Source of the DNA: Carcharhinus longimanus
Lineage: Eukaryota
Length of the DNA stretch: 64,000 nucleotides
Assembly (NCBI GenBank): GCA_030264375.1
Contig: JASCQW010000001.1
Span: 48,041,424-48,105,423 of the forward strand
Direction of reading: 5' to 3'
Under the pieces are notes generated by a model, which saw nothing but the letters and a program-made list of their open reading frames with translations, was not told the origin of the DNA and did no database searches. Each line of letters starts with the position of its first letter. Positions within the stretch are counted from its first letter, which is position 1. Shown here piece after piece: positions 63,070 through 64,000 of the stretch. A program made the position numbers and the translations under genes.

Positions 63070-63393
63070 AAGTGGAATGGTCTTACAGCGCCAGGGACCT
63101 GGGTTCAATTCCGGCCTTGGGTGATTGTGTGGAGTTCTCCCTGTGTCTGCATGGGTTTCATCCGAGTGCTCCAGTTTCCTTCCACTGTCCTAAGATGTGC
63201 AGGATAGGTGGTTTGCATGTGAAATTGCTCCTTAGTGTCCCAAGATGTGTAGGTTAGGGGGATTAGCTATGTACAGGTTTACAGGGATAGGACATGCAGG
63301 GTGGGGAGGAGGTTGACCTGAGTAAGAGAGTCAGTGCAGACTCAATTGGCTGAAAAGCCTTCTTCAGCCTTGTAGGAATTAAATGGTTCTATA
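63070..63393 (+). mobile_element. HE1/V-SINE (degenerate head)
   Basis: ACAGCGCCAGGGACCTGGGTTCAATTCCGGCCTTGGGTGA, V-domain and CR1-like tail. Confidence 0.85.
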
Positions 63394-64000
63394 TGCTGTG
63401 ATTTTTTTTCTGAGTTTTTTTTTGATGGTCAGTTGTACGCTCATGAACCTGGTAATTTTGTCCCAGTTCTTCCCTATGGCCATTCCTGATTCTTAAGATG
63501 TCTCACTGGGGTGACGCATCCTGCTACCTGAAGCCCACACCCATCGACTTGCTTGATTTCTTCTGCCTCTGAGGTGTTGGAGAAGAGCAGAAGAAATTAA
63601 GGAATAAGAGAAGGTGAAAAGACAGAAGAGGGAGGAACAAGGAAAAAAGGAAAAGAAAAAAATGACAAAGTCAGTGACCCAGAAGATCATTGAGAAAAGA
63701 AGAACTCAGAGAGAACAGAGAAAACCAGGAATGGGGACAAAAACACAAGGTGAAAGAACTGGGAGGAAAAGTGGATGAAGAAACAGTCTGTGAGACACAG
63801 AAACAAAGACTTGGACTTCTCTTGTGCCTTTAATGGCCTCAAAGCAACTGAAAGCACTTCATAGCCAATGAAATACTTTCACAGCATAGTCATTGAGCAG
63901 ACTTATATATGGCAAAAGATTCTGAGGTGGTGTATGTGTGTCAGATATAAAAGAAATAGAAGAATATGGAGCTGAAGGAAAATTCTTGTGAAAGAAGAAA

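Larger units (their letters stand above)
1..64000 (+). other. TCF4: Large TCF4 intron context (between the ...KKVRKVPPGLPSS exon and the VYAPS... exon of the long isoform)
   Basis: Inferred from the internal TCF4-A first exon and the known vertebrate TCF4 exon order. I did not find either flanking constitutive exon in the called sequence. Confidence 0.7.

Noticed and set aside
63570-63810. Purine-rich tract and its minus-strand hydrophobic ORF
   Set aside because: Low-complexity GA-rich sequence with no coding signal.
1-64000. CRISPR arrays, operons, rRNA, recognisable miRNA or snoRNA genes, intact autonomous TEs
   Set aside because: Vertebrate intronic DNA with no regularly spaced repeat-spacer array. 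I recognised no known RNA gene by eye, though an Rfam scan would be needed to exclude one. All visible TE ORFs are fragmentary.

Overview
Eukaryotic, AT-rich, repeat-laden genomic DNA from a gapped draft assembly. The repeats (V-domain HE1-type tRNA-SINEs, Deu-domain SINEs, CR1, L2, Rex/Babar, RTE and Penelope-like fragments) point to a cartilaginous fish, most likely a shark. The only protein-coding sequence I can support is a 69-bp exon at 32182-32250 (+), too short for the supplied ORF track. It encodes MYCAYTIPGMGGNSLMYYYNGKA and is followed by a GTAAGT donor. This is the unique N-terminus of the short TCF4-A (E2-2A/ITF2A) isoform of the bHLH E-protein TCF4. The window therefore appears to lie within one very large TCF4 intron that holds the internal TCF4-A promoter and first exon. 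Around the exon is a TE-poor domain (about 23.1-37.7 kb) with local CpG retention and candidate conserved enhancers, including a Sox-POU composite site. The flanks are a nested mosaic of decayed transposons. They include a ~470-bp inverted duplication bracketing a SINE, many short GC-rich TIR elements with apparent 3-bp TSDs, and decayed Penelope-type hammerhead-ribozyme cores. All longer ORFs in the track are TE remnants, N-gap artefacts or chance. I found no novel multi-gene system. Family assignments rest on recalled consensus motifs, not database searches, and TE boundaries are approximate.
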